Positions 37,138-50,004 of a stretch of DNA of 64,000 bases are shown piece after piece (positions within the stretch are counted from its first letter, which is position 1; every line of letters begins with the position of its first letter). The stretch comes from Podarcis pityusensis (lineage: Eukaryota), in NCBI GenBank assembly GCA_964106645.2, contig OZ067044.1; one strand, given 5' to 3'. The position numbers were made by a program, and so were the translations under genes. Below the pieces are notes generated by a model. That model worked only from the letters and a program-made list of their open reading frames with translations. It did no database searches and was not told where the DNA came from.

Positions 37138-37161
37138 GATTGATTGATTGATTGATTGATT
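37138..37161. repeat. (GATT)n microsatellite
   Basis: 6 perfect units. Confidence 0.9.
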
Positions 37162-37224
37162 GTGGGGTGGCACAGTAGAGACAAAATATATTTTTAGGCC
37201 AGAAAGAAAAAAAATTCAGCAGCC

Positions 37225-37361
37225 CTGTATCCTGAAGATTTTAATGTTTGATGTTTTACTATTATTTTATATATGCTGTAAGCTGCCCAGAGTGGCTGGG
37301 GGAACCCAGCTAGATGGGCGGGGTATAAATAATAAAATTATTATTATTATTTATTATTATT
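37225..37361 (+). mobile_element. L2-type LINE 3' end with (TTA)n tail
   Basis: tgtaagctgcccagagtggctgggg-aacccagctagatgggcggggtataaataataaa-(tta)n. Confidence 0.7.
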
Positions 37362-38599
37362 GGCAGGAATTCAGAAATGAAACACATTGACTGCTTCTAA
37401 ATTTACCCAAATTTTGCCACACTTATAGTTGTCTTAAAACAGTATGGGGACTGCCACAAAAGGGAAAGGGTCTGAAGTCTCATGTAATTCAAACACTGCT
37501 GACCAATAAACAAGTATTCCCAAATTGGGCTGGATCAGTAATGAACAGTATTTGAAATTCACATATGTATGCACTCTCCTCCTGCTATAGCACACAAACA
37601 CAAGAAAAGTAGATTTTGAGTGGGAAAACTCTATTTTTTCAAACAGTACACCTTTCCAAACATATTCATCTCTTTATTTCACATAAATGGTCTGATATCA
37701 GCCAATTTATTCAAAAGTATATTAGAATGGCTTCAGTAAGATTTATATCTAAGTCAGCATGTTTAAGATTTCAGTCTGTACTAAAGCACTAATTTATGAT
37801 TCTATTCAGATTTTTAAAATCTACCTGCAATCTCTGGTGGCTCCTAAAAGTTAAAGTGCTTATTTTCTGCACAGATAACTAACCAGCCCTAACTCATGTA
37901 ACATCTTGCTTGATTGATGAAGAATTATGGAAAACTTAAAAGACTGCCACATTTTTGTTACTTTTAAAGTTTATCCTCTGACCTCTGCTGAAGGTCATGG
38001 TATACCAAGCTAAATATGCCAACTTGTTCCACTATTTTTTGACCAATGAAAAAGCATACGGAAATGGCAGAATGGGATACTTTCTGCACCATTTTGGGGG
38101 CGGGGGCTGTCCCAACCACATTGAAATATTAGATATTGTCCTTGTTTTCTTTGGGCAGCCCTCATTTCTATTCCTGGAGACGTAGAATAGTTTTTCAGCA
38201 GTGGTAGCTGGTGCCCATTGGGACAGTTGGGTGGAAGACAGGGAGCCCCAGCAGTAGGTCGTACCAGAGCCAATGTCAGGAAGAGCCAATTACCGGTAGT
38301 TCTGGGTTTTCTCTGCTCACATTATGTTACATTATTTTATTTATATTCTGTCATTCCTCCCAAAGGAGTCCAGGTTGACTAACAAGTGATAAAAAATGAA
38401 AACACCTGAAAACCAATTCCAATGCAGATGCATACTGAGAAAGAGCTCAATTTAAAAAGCTTGTTGATGTTGAATTCTACAAGGGCAACACGGAGCCTAA
38501 GGAGAAGAAAGCTGACAGGCAGTGCTGGCTGAGTGCCGACTGGGGCAGTGCCCCTTTTGCCCCAATGGAACAGCCTCCATGGAACCTCCCTAAATCGGA

Positions 38600-38735
38600 G
38601 AAGGGGAATGTGTGGCTCCCCACAGGCTGTTGGACTCCAACTCCCATCAGCCCCAGTCAGTATGAGCAGTGGTCAGGAATTATGGAAGCCTTGGCCAACA
38701 AAGTCTGGAAGGCTAAATCCCTATCCCTATCCCTG
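38600..38735. mobile_element. Degenerate palindromic hAT-type MITE
   Basis: tgttggactccaactcccatcagcccc...ccaaca...tatccctg. Confidence 0.6.
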
Positions 38736-38803
38736 TTATAAACTTTTTATATCTATGTGTCTCTTTCTCTAGCTACTCCGTTTTAACCACTCTATCACAA
38801 TTT

Positions 38804-38806
<3 letters not shown>

Positions 38807-38838
<32 letters not shown>
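38807..38838. repeat. (TC)n microsatellite
   Basis: 16 perfect units. Confidence 0.95.
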
Positions 38839-38841
<3 letters not shown>

Positions 38842-38890
38842 AGAAGTTTGTGGGGCCTGAGCACCTTCTGCCCTCACTGAGTGTTTCAGG

Positions 38891-39017
38891 TAGGATTGCC
38901 ATATTTCAAAAAGTAGAAACCAGGACACCCCAAAAGTTGCTGAGATTTTTCGATTGACTTGCCTAGGATGCCCGCACGTCAATTCCGCCTTTGAAATCCA
39001 GATGTATGGCAGCCCTA
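38891..39017. mobile_element. hAT Blackjack-like MITE, 127 bp
   Basis: TIRs taggattgccata / tatggcagcccta. 8-bp TSD gtttcagg / gtttcaag with 1 mismatch. Confidence 0.8.
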
Positions 39018-39357
39018 GTTTCAAGGGATTTCCCCAATTCCCCTTTTGTTGTTTCCCACCCCATGGTTTTAAAAAGAATATTTTATTAATACTTCTGCAA
39101 ATCTCTGGGTTCCTCAAGTCTGCTCCTACCCCCCTCCTGTGGTTGCTGCTCTCACTACATAAGCAGCGACATGTGAAGACTTGAATTGGAATTAGTTCTT
39201 TATATTTAATCTTAGGACAGTGAAAATCTGCTTATTCATATGCAAGCTATTATGTGACTCCATTCCATTTCTGTCAGAAGAGCTTCAATGAACTTTAGAG
39301 GTACATGTTTCTCATGAATAAGGATAAAACATCCCCTTTCTTAGTTAGCTTATCATG

Positions 39358-39428
39358 TAATCATTGAAGTGCAGAACTGGAAGGGATCCCAAGGGTCATC
39401 TAGTCCACCCCCTGCAATGCAGAAATCA
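39358..39428 (-). mobile_element. CR1-type 3' tail fragment
   Basis: ggaagggatcccaagggtcatctagtccaccccctgcaatgcag matches 9530-9575. Confidence 0.7.
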
Positions 39429-41537
39429 CGACACCAAAGTTCCTTCCAAGAAATCCTAACCATGCTGATGGTGGCTTTCAGAACAAATGCTCTCAAACGT
39501 CTGTATCACCTTTGACACCAGCTGCAGCAATAGTTCTACCACTTAGCCCCAGCACTGCTAACAAATCTGGACCAATTTTCCAGCTAGTGCATGGAAAATT
39601 AATTAGAGATGTAGTCTCAGTTAACAATCAGTTAAATGATGTGCATCACTGAATTCAGGCTTGGCAAAATGAAAAATAAATAAATAAATCCAAAACAGTG
39701 AATAATTATTTGGCGTTTCCTGAAAATGATGGTAATGATATTTACTTTATTTCGTTTTCGTGTTGTTATAAAATGTTAAGTCCATTGCTTTCCAATTGCA
39801 CTACATTGCTAATTGGCATCCATTTTATGAAGTGTGTTCTTCCAGTCTGTCAGAAGGAGCTTCCACAAGACACAGAGGGAAGACTCAGACTTATTTAAGG
39901 AGCAACAGCACCTGGCTTTGGGTGGTTATTTCTTCTTCTTAAGACTGAGATTTACCACCTCTTCACTTTAACATGAAATAGGAAAAGTTGTAGCAAAGTT
40001 TCTGTTAAAGTTCTAGCTTGGAATGCCATGGGAAATTTTGACCTTTTGGAGTTGCATGCCTTTAAAGACCAACCAAATCAGACCAGTACTGTATCTCTGA
40101 AAGGGAAAGCAACGTGTCAAGTTATGTTAGAGTTAGATAGCTACTTGAGTTTCATATCGAAAATCTAGTTTCATGATATTTTTATTTCAGAAATCTCCAC
40201 GCAATAGAATTCTGTCTAGCCTATTTCCCATTGAAATTGAATAGCAATATTCCCTTAGAACTCATGCAGTTCTGGAGACAGCTACAGTCCTAAGATTGTG
40301 TGAAACAGGATACTTCCTTCCCCCTGCTTTTCTTTTGGCCAAAGGCTTTGTGTAAAGTGCCTGTACAATGGTGTAATACTGCTTCTATCACATTAATCAT
40401 TAATAAACAGAGTAGAAATAATACTGCAACATCTCAGTTACAGGGGAAGGGTTCTGATTCCAGAAGCCACACACTTACAGCCAGGGAATTCACCAGTGTG
40501 GATGTGGATGGTAATTTACGAGGGGAATAGCCCTTTCCCTCTGATGAAAGCAAAACTAAGAGATTATGCTTAATTAGATGATAAAGTGATACTTGCCCAA
40601 TGGTGTCTCTCTACCTTCCATCCTACATAATGGAAACTGTGCTCAAAATAGGTCGCTAATTTCTGTACAGATTAAAGGTAACCAAGCTACTTTACTTGCC
40701 GATAATTTATCTAATACCTCTTAGCCATGCAGGCACATTCACTACAATGCGTCTGACTAGGAGACACCAGCTGTTCTGTAAGAATTCAGAGAACTAGGAC
40801 TAAAGCAGAGGGCAGTTTAGAGGAAGAGAGGGGAGGTCCATTAGTTTCATCATTACCAAAAAAGATACATCATCAGACAGTTTTTACTGTTGTTTTGTCA
40901 ATTATGTGCATTCTTTATTCATTCAGACATTGAGTCTTTTCATGCTAAAAGTGCATCTTCCCCCTTGCTTTTCCAGTGTCTGTAACATGAAAGCAAAACC
41001 TTTACCCAACAGAACTGCCTTTAGTTTACAAATAACTGATTCTTGCTTTCTGTCCCATATTAAACACACTCATGAATGCATCTCAAAAGTGCTTTTATTG
41101 TCTGCATGAACACAGATTTCCCCTTCCTCATTCAGTTATTCATACAAAAAAACCTACGGCGCTACTCAACACCCAAATTTGCAAGACGGTCATTGAAATA
41201 CCACAAACAGGTCGTTGGCAGCAGGTTTATTCCCCCCCCCCCCCATCCCAGAAAGGATAAATCTAGATTAATGGTGAAAAAGTACGGGCTGGCATTTTGA
41301 TGGCAACAACATTGTATGGATGTTGCAAAACAAAAATAAAAGCTGCATCCATGAGGAGCACTGATCCCAAAATAGTCATGTACCTTGAAACAACCCTCAT
41401 TACTGTGAGTAGAAAGGTCTTCTGAAAAGTAATGAATGGGGTCAGACAACACCCAGAGTAGTTGCAGAAATAATTCTGAAGCAAAACAGCATTGGAAAAG
41501 AAAGCTTTGTACAGAAATACTCTCCACATTAGTAATA

Positions 41538-41778
41538 CAGTGGTACCTCAGGTTAAGTACTTAATTCGTTCTGGAGGTCTGTACTGAACTTGAAACTGTT
41601 CTTAACCTGAAGCCCACTTTAGCCTATGGGGCCTCCTGCTACTGCTGCGCCGCCAGAGCACGATTTCTGTTCTTATCCTGAAGCAAAGTTCTTAACCTGA
41701 GGTACTATTTATGGGTTAGCAGAGTCTGTAACCTGAAGCGTCCGTAACCTGAAGTGTATGTAACCCAAGGTACCACTG
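41538..41778. mobile_element. Tigger/pogo-like MITE (family A, opposite orientation to 27394)
   Basis: TA | cagtggtacctcaggtta ... taacccaaggtaccactg | TA, with tandem gtaacctgaag subterminal repeats. Confidence 0.95.
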
Positions 41779-43017
41779 TATCTCCAAACTGTGACAGTGA
41801 AAATGTAGAATCACTGGATGGCATATGTCTAACATGCAAACATCTCTCTTTTGCAGAATGTTGCACCTCGCCTAATCAGTTAGGAGGAAACAACTGGAGG
41901 ACTAGTATGGGGAGGGCAATGCAGATGAGGGAACTCTACTTCACTGTATGAAATTGCCAACCTGTGCTGTATTCTAATAGAGTTGGAATTTAGTTTTTTA
42001 GAATATTAGAGAGATATCACAAATAATGGCTATGGCTAGAATCTGGTCCCACTCACAATGGTTTTGTTTGTGCATTATGAGAATTCAGGGTTGATGGCTT
42101 ATCATGATTTACTGGGAACAATCTGCCTGTTGGCTACAACTTTGCTTCTCCCCTGGCAGAAGCCAGAGAAACAAACCATAAAGATGCAATTAAGCTTGGC
42201 TTCCCGAGACATCTAAACCCAGGATGGTGGCTGCTTTCTTTCTACCAAGCAATCACTAGCCCAACTTTACAACTATTTATTTTATTTTATTTATTCATTG
42301 CTTTATATTAAAAATGTCAAAGTGATGTACAATTTCTTTCTTTCTTTTAAAAACAATAATAAAACAGCAAAATTCAACAAGATACACAGTAATAAATCAC
42401 AGTTCCTTATGCATCCTGGTTTGATTTTTTAGGGAAAAACAAAAAACAACAATCCCAAGTTCGAATGTCACACAAAGTCATTTTTAATTGCATTTTCATG
42501 TTTTGTTTCTTTCACTCATGCATGGGAGGAGTGAAGTTGAAACAATTGGGTTGTGTTCACTATCATGCTGCTTATTCCTGAGAAACCATGACAAATTGGC
42601 ACCCTGACTTATTGTGATGTATGAATATGAACACTGTGAAAGCAGTAGTGACAAGTGGAATTTACAGCATAATGTAGCAGCGTGGAGCACTCCTGGTCAA
42701 CCAGTTGTGCCATCTTGCAGAATACTCCATTCCCTCCTCAGTGGTTTTCCATTCTCCCATCCCCATGTTACCCAGCATTCCAGTCACGAGCATTAGCAAT
42801 CCTCATGCATAATCCATGGCCCCTGAGTAAACACAAACTGGTTTTCTTTCTCATCCCATAGGATCTGTTGTCTCCCTTACTAATTTTAGGCTCCCCCCCC
42901 CATAATCAAATTCCTTTGTACTTCAAACCTTGGTCCCCCCCCCCCACTTTCTTGTGTCCTTTTTGGCTGCATATAAGGACTGGCACATGGATAACTGAAT
43001 TTGCTTTTAGTATAGAT

Positions 43018-43310
43018 CAGAGGTCACCAACCTGGTTGGACCAGTGGGCACATTTTGAATTTTGAGCGAGTGCTGCAGGTACCAGTCACAATATGGCTGC
43101 CATAGAGGCATGCCTTAAGACAAAATAAGAGAGACAAGCACCCCTGACAGCCTTATGCTTACCGTGGGAAGTCAGCTGTGTCCTGCTGGTGCTGATTGTG
43201 GAGATCAAACAATACTGATTCCACACACAGCAAGAGATGGTGCTGTTGCATAATAAAAACTGGGAGCATTTGTCAGTACCAGGAAAAATATTCAGGGTTG
43301 GAGATCCCTG
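43018..43310. mobile_element. Old hAT-type non-autonomous element
   Basis: Ends cagaggtcaccaacc / ggttggagatccctg. TSD not preserved. Confidence 0.5.
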
Positions 43311-46300
43311 GCACACACTGTATACAATAATAAAAATACCCCCCCCCCCCAATATTGAACCTTTGCATTGATATTTACCAACATTTCTGTATAATAACTG
43401 GGATTAACATTGGGGTTCTTTTGAAAGTTTACTCCCTCCACCTTGACATCTCCACATACAGAGGAAATGATGTGAAACATGATCTCATGCCCATATTTTA
43501 TTAATAGTGTTCTGCATTTTAGGATCAGAGACAACACACACACACACACACACGGCAAATCCCTTAGGGAATATCCAAATTAAGTTACATGTTTCCTCTT
43601 TTACAAAATGGAAGCTGCGATCTCCCCTTTCCCTGCGCCTAAGAAATAACTGATCAAAAGAAGATTTAAATCCTGAAAGTCAAAGAATAAATTCAAAAGG
43701 TCTTTAGAAAATGCCCGAAACTTTATCAAGCAGTGCTTTTGTCCAATTCTGTGTAGAAATATGAAGCCAAATAATGTGCAAATTTCTTACTGCTAATAAC
43801 ATAAAGCTTATTAAAATACCAGTTATTTCTGCAGAGTGTTGAAGAAAAGCAGCATTCACCTCCATGCACTCTACCTCTGCCCATCTTCTTGTAATGTAAT
43901 TTGGAATATTTTCAGCAAGCATTTTATTCTTTCAGCAGATGATCATTCCCATAATCCTCTGTTACAGATGAGTTTAGTCTGTGAGGACAATTTGTGAAAT
44001 AGGCTTGACTGCATAGTGCCCCCCAGCCCTGGTTTGGTGTTTTCAAAGTATCGTGGTAATACCAGCACATTTGCCATTGAAGAATAAAATTTTGAAGCGT
44101 GGCACTGCTCATTTAAATATGATAATGTCCAGAGGAGAGATAACATAAGATTTTCTTGTGTAGGTGTTCCATTAAACGTAAAGAAGATGCACACGAGGAG
44201 TGAACTGTGGCTGAGTGGTGCTGAGGAGGTTTAGGCTATGTTCTGAAGGCACATGGGGCTACAACCTGGCAGTGAGTTTGTGACTGCATGGGAACCAAAT
44301 GTATGCCCCCTTTGGGTTCCAAGATGGAAGAAAAGTGGGATATAAATATCAGAAAATATCTAGAAAGACATGTGATATAGCTCTAGGCCTATACTTCTTC
44401 AGAAGGCAGGTGATGAACCACGTGTTTGAATGTTGCCACCACCCTTCATGGAAACCTATTAGAGCAGGAATAAGAATCCTAGGTTTTTATGTGCAGTTTT
44501 TGATCTTTTTAAAAAAATGTATGGGAGCATGGAAAAACATGAACCGCATTATTCAATTCAGAAGTACATAAGAACACAAGGTAAGCACATGAGCCAGGCT
44601 GGGTCAGACCAAAGGCTTCTAAGTCCAGCATCACATTTCCCACTGTGACCAGCCAATGGAAAGCCCACCAAGCAGGACATGAAGAGGAGGAGAACCAACC
44701 CCATGTAGGCTACATTCAGCATCTTGGAGGAAAGGTAACGTAGACATCTAATTATCATCATCTTCAATTTGGCAGGCACTGGATGAACAAAATAATATAT
44801 TTGCCCATCACACTTTTCTATTTTAATGCCATGTTTCTTTAATCAACCATCTCTTTACCCTGGAAATCTTTCAGAAGAACCTTGATTATTTTAAATTTCT
44901 ACTGAATACTGATTTCTCTCTGTGTTGGGACAAGCAGACAAGAGCACGCAACCCACTTCAAAGCAGAGAATAGGTGTAGCCTTTGTTTCTAATGAACAGT
45001 GTTTTATCTTTAGCTTAAATTACAGTTAAGTGCTTTTAAATCTTCTTTCAAAACTGTTATTTGGCCTTGCCCCAAAGTTTTTCTATCCCCTGTTCACCCT
45101 ATCTTTATAAGACCTGGCAGAACCAACAGTAATTCTGTACTTAAGGAATGGTATTTAGTAGAATGCACTGTGGAAACCAGCCCACCTGCTGATATAAAAG
45201 TTCTCACAGGAAATAGTCTTATGAATTATTTACAGCAAGCAGAATTGCTAACTGGGTGGAACTCGCACAGTCTGTCTGTGCAAAGGAACGCTGAGGAAAT
45301 GGTCCAGTGGATCAAAGAGTCTTCTTTAGGCAAAGGTGTAGAACTGGACACAAGACAGTGCCTTTACGCAACACCACAGTGCTACAGTGTACTCTGTGAA
45401 GCTCTGGTCACAAAAAGGATTTCACAGCCCACACAAAGTTACCAAAAAACAACCACCAAAATGCTCCAATCTTAAAGGCACCACCCCTGTGAGGAAAATC
45501 TAAGGTGTTTAGGGCTTTATTGAAGTTTCAAAAATTATGCATGAGATAGAGTGGATTTTTTCTTCCTCTTGGGTTCACCCAGTGAAACTGATCAGCAGTT
45601 TGCACAAAATGACAGACAGAAAAAAATCATGCAAATTCACACAACACAGGTGAGGAACCTCTGGACTAGGGGCCAAATATGTCCCTCCATGCCATCCATC
45701 CTCCTTGGATGGTTTTGCTTGGCTGGAGTTTGCCCTTGAACTCTCATAATGCTTCTTGCTTACCAGGAGAGAGGACATAAAGAGGTGAATGTGAATGTGC
45801 GTAGAAACTAGCTTACTGCACAAATGTAAAATTTACATGTGGTGCCCTGCTCACTTTTGCTTCTGTTCCCCACTTTTGTGTTACACAGCTTATGGAATTC
45901 ACTGGCACAGAATGTGGTGATGGCCATTAGATCAGGCAGCTTTAAAAGGGGAGGAATCCATGCAGGATAGAATCACCATGTTCAGTGACAGTCCATCTAG
46001 GGCTGGAGGGAAAAGGTCAAAATGCCCAAGGCTGGATTTTATTTACCTTGATGGACCATTTCGTGCTTTCTTGCCAGTGGCAACAGCCTGAAAGCTGCTA
46101 TTTTAATTTCCCAGAATATCCTGGGAATTTCCTGAGTGCTATGCCAGAATACTGGGGAAATTAAAATGGAAACTCTGAGACCCAGCTACATGATGTGAAG
46201 AGCCCATGGTAAGTATGAGTACTTGAGGACCCTGTCTGAGCAGTTGCCCTGAGTAGGTCTCTTATATTAGACGCTGGGGAACATACCATGTGGGAGTAAG

Positions 46301-46359
46301 CTTCCAGGCTTCCAAAAACATCTCTCTGGTCAGCTTTGAAAAGATGGTGAAAAGATATA

Positions 46360-46626
46360 CAGTGGTACCTCGGTTTACGAACTTCTGGAAGTCCGTTTTT
46401 AAACTGAAACCATTCTTAAACTGAAACCATTCTTAAACTGAAACCGTTCTTAAACTGGGGCGCACTTTCCCTAATGAGGCCTCCCACCGCTGGTGCCCTT
46501 CCACCGTTCGGATTCCATTCTTAGACAGAGGTAAAGTTCGCACACCGGGACACTACCTCCGGTTTTGCGGCGTTCGTAAACCAAATCGTTTGTAAACAGG
46601 ACTGTTCTTAAGCCGAGGTACCACTG
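46360..46626. mobile_element. Tigger/pogo-like MITE (family B) nested in an old CR1-type tail
   Basis: TA | cagtggtacctcgg ... ccgaggtaccactg | TA. Internal 17-bp tandem ttaaactgaaacc(a/g)ttc x3. Flanks appear to join into a CR1-like tail (tggactattggtctaagccagg). Confidence 0.93.
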
Positions 46627-46718
46627 TATGGACTATTGGTCTAAGCCAGGACTGTTCTTACACTTAATTATGCTGAAAAAGCCAAGTCTATTATCAAAGC
46701 TCAATGCAGTTACAATAA

Positions 46719-46877
46719 GGGAAGATACAGCACAGTTGGTTAGAACATAGTGCTTATAATACCAAGGTCACAGGTTTGATCCTGATATGGAACAGCTGCA
46801 TATTTCTGCATTGAGGGGGTTGGTCTAGATGATCCTAAGAGTCCCTTCCAACTCTATGACTCTATTATCTATGACTC
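46719..46877 (+). mobile_element. SINE with tRNA-Ile-like head and CR1-type 3' tail
   Basis: gcacagttggttagaacatagtgcttataataccaaggtcacaggtttgatcc aligns with vertebrate tRNA-Ile(AAT). It is followed by ctgcattgagggggttggtctagatgatcc...cccttccaactctatgactcta. Confidence 0.8.
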
Positions 46878-47002
46878 ATTTTCTGTGCCTAACATGAGAC
46901 ATTTATGCTAACAACCCCCCCCCCCCCGGAATTGCTGCATCGTCACTACCTTCTAAGGTCTTTATGTGGGCAAGTTCACAAATGACATTTACATAAACAA
47001 CC

Positions 47003-47215
47003 AAAAGGTCTGTGGCAGCTTAAAGACTTAGAAATTTATTGTGGCATACGTTTTTAATCAATCAGTCAATCAAATTTTATTATGTGGTCGCAGACCCATT
47101 AAGGTATAACTTTTCATGGACTAGCATCCACTTCATTAGATGAAATGGACTCTAGTCCTCAAAAGCTTATGCCATATTAATTTTGTTTTGTCTTTAAGGT
47201 GCCACAAGACTCTTT
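47003..47215. mobile_element. Penelope-like (PLE) inverted terminal-repeat remnant with a nested short insertion
   Basis: Inverted arms tgtggcagcttaaagac...tggcata and tatgcca...gtctttaaggtgccaca. Central ttcatggactag..tccacttcattagatgaaatggactctagtcctcaaaagcttatgcc is typical of reptile Penelope repeats. Confidence 0.75.
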
Positions 47216-49024
47216 CTGATTTTTGCTGCAATGGAATAATATGAAAACACTCTTTGGAAATTGTTACAATCACATAGTAACTGTAGGTATCCATGAAGCT
47301 TTGAATACCATTCACCACAAATCATGGGCTTTTACATCCTTGGATAGTATCTATAATCTGGAGGTGCCAAGATAGAGTTCCATGGTGGCTTAGTTAAGAT
47401 ATTAAGTAATCCCAATTCAATAAAATGTACCCAATTCAAGCCTGATCTCATACTGGAAACTGGGTGTTTTGGTGAACCTATATTCTAGTAGCTGGACTGC
47501 AGCTGTGACAGTCCTTAGAATACTCTCTAACACAGAGTTTACCCTACTGTATATAAAAGGAGTACATAACGGAAAAGAAGAACAGCTTTTTGTTTGCATT
47601 TTCACAGCACTCTCCACAGAAGACAATGTAAGAAAAATGCACTATTGGTGTCCTGAATAGCAGCATTCTTATTTGCAAGTTGACATCCGATTTTTTCTTT
47701 GTGAAAAAGAAGGTAAGAAATCCACACTAATACGGCCTACAATTCAGTTGAAAATGCCATGTAGCCTGAATGTCACTTGCTGTTTTTGCTGTATTGATTT
47801 TAGAGACAAATACAGATAATGGTATTTTTTTACTATTCCAGCTTCTGTTGGGTGGGTTTATACAAGGCTGCGCACACACCATATATTTAAAGCACTGTAG
47901 AACTGTAGTTTATCCCAAACTGATCTACAATTCCAAGTACCCTTAATAAGCTACAGAGTTCCCAGGATTCTTTGGGGTGTGCGGGTGCATGGTGTGCACA
48001 GCGTATTGTTAACGTTGAAAGTGTGCAAACTCTCCTCACCTGCATTGTCTGTCTCATTCTGACTTAATGGATTTGCTTTTATTCTGGTAATAGTGGATAT
48101 TATTCACCCACACTAAAAAGCAAAGATCTATAAATATGAACCGCCCCTCCCCAAGGTTATGGAGCAGTATGGACTGACTAGTTAGAACAAACACACTCTC
48201 GCTCATGAGAAATAAATACAAAGCATTTGAAGGGTTGAACGTGGAGCTGAAAGCTAACACATGTTCTGAACAGATGTCTTGTTAAGAAGTTCATTTAGTT
48301 TGAATAAAATTCTAGATCAAGGGACTTCAGAGGTGGGGGAGGGCTGGAGTAGATTAAAACATAACACACAAAAAAGGCTTGGGTTTGCTAATTCCATGAT
48401 CTGTCACATCTTTCCATCTGCACAGAAATGTGTGGGTGTTAAAAAGGAGGAGGAGGGGGTGGCTGGGGTGTTAAGGAGATTCAAAGAAAATGTGTGTGCG
48501 TGTGTGTGTAAGCAGTCTAAGCTAGCACACAGAGAACACTTTTGCCAGTAGATGTATTTATAACTAAACAGCCCCAAATGATACATTAAAAGCACTTGCA
48601 GTGACAATGAAAAATGACAAGATTATGAATCTCTCTCTCTCGATGTGTGTGTGTGTGTAAGTGCAACAAAATGGTTTTTTTTAAAAAAGAAGCTTCAGGA
48701 AAATAATTCTTTCTGTGGGAATCCCCCCACCACAGCATATCTGCAGTACGCAAACCTACAAATGCACCCTTCCTCTAAAACAAGCATTTTTGTATGCATT
48801 TTAATGGATTCTCTCCTAAAATGTGTACTTCTATACACATTTTTGTGAACACTTTCCTTGGGCTGAAACTGCATTGCAAATTTCAGAGAAGTGTGTAATC
48901 TAATAGATTACTGTGTTCCAATCCACATACTAGTCTGGAATTGACAAACTGGGTGAGTTCACTTTAAAATGGGACGGAACAAAAAAATTCCTCCATGATT
49001 CTTTGTTAATGCAGAGCAGGTTTA

Positions 49025-49300
49025 ATTTCTAACATCTCCAGTGGCCAGGTAGCAGGTGACGGGAAATGTCTCTGCCAAAGTATCTAGAAATCTGCAGTCA
49101 GACGGAGTAGAGTAGGAAGAGTCAATGTGATTCCCTCCAGGTGATGCTGAACTCCCACTGACTAAACTGGCAGTGGCTGATGTGACTTTGGAGCCCAACA
49201 GCATCTAGAGAATGCCAAGTTGGCTATCCCTGGAATAGAATTTACTGGGCTAGACAGACCAATGGAAGCAGTTGATGTAAGGCAGTTTCCTATGTTCATA
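49025..49300 (+). mobile_element. tRNA(Ala-like) SINE remnant interrupted by a hAT MITE (49113-49232)
   Basis: SINE body, then insert ending tggctatccctg flanked by gagtagag / gaatagaa, then tail actgggctagacagaccaatgg...taaggcagtttcctatgttc. Confidence 0.6.
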
Positions 49301-49309
49301 TGGTACATT

Positions 49310-49420
49310 AACAACAACAACAACAACAACAACATCCCACATACTCTGGGTGGCTTCGAGCACATAAAAACATAATAAAATGTCAAATATTAAAAACTTC
49401 CTGATACAGGGCTGCCTTCA
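49310..49420 (-). mobile_element. L2-type 3' fragment with (AAC)n tract
   Basis: (aac)x8 then actctgggtggctt...aaaacttcctgatacagggctgccttca, antisense-related to 37225-37345. Confidence 0.5.
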
Positions 49421-49579
49421 TTGTTACCCACTGTGAGTCTTCAACTGTGTTCTTACAATGACTAAGCATTTTACAGTGATATTTAATCTGTGCTATGATC
49501 TAATCTTTCACTTTCTTCTTTCAGTAGCATATTAACAACAGAACAATACATCCCCAGTTATGAAAGCAGAAATCTCTAG

Positions 49580-49725
49580 AATGAGGTTGGTGAACCTGTG
49601 ACTCTCCTATTGTTGTTGAGCTCCAACTTCCATCAACCCCAGCCTCCAGAGCCAATGGTCAGGGATGATGCGAATGGGAATTGGAGTACAACAGTATCTG
49701 CAGGGTCAGAGGTGCCTCATCCCTA
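49580..49725. mobile_element. Degenerate palindromic hAT-type MITE
   Basis: tgttgttgagctccaacttccatca ... atgggaattggagtacaacagtatctg. Confidence 0.6.
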
Positions 49726-50004
49726 TTTTAGGACCTATATATGCAACATGGGGAATTCTCATCTTGCAGATTCTATGGCTCAAAAAACTTTAACATGCCT
49801 TTATTCGATGAATATTGCAATGTCTGACAACTTGAATAATAGTCTGGCATAACGGTATCTTGGGTATTTAAATGTTCATAGTGATAGTTCAACTCTTACA
49901 AAGACCCAGATGCTCTATAACATAAATTGTAACATTTGACAATGTGGTGAATGTTATTAGGAAGTTTAGATACTGCACTGTTGTTGCGTTATGATAGTCA
50001 CATT

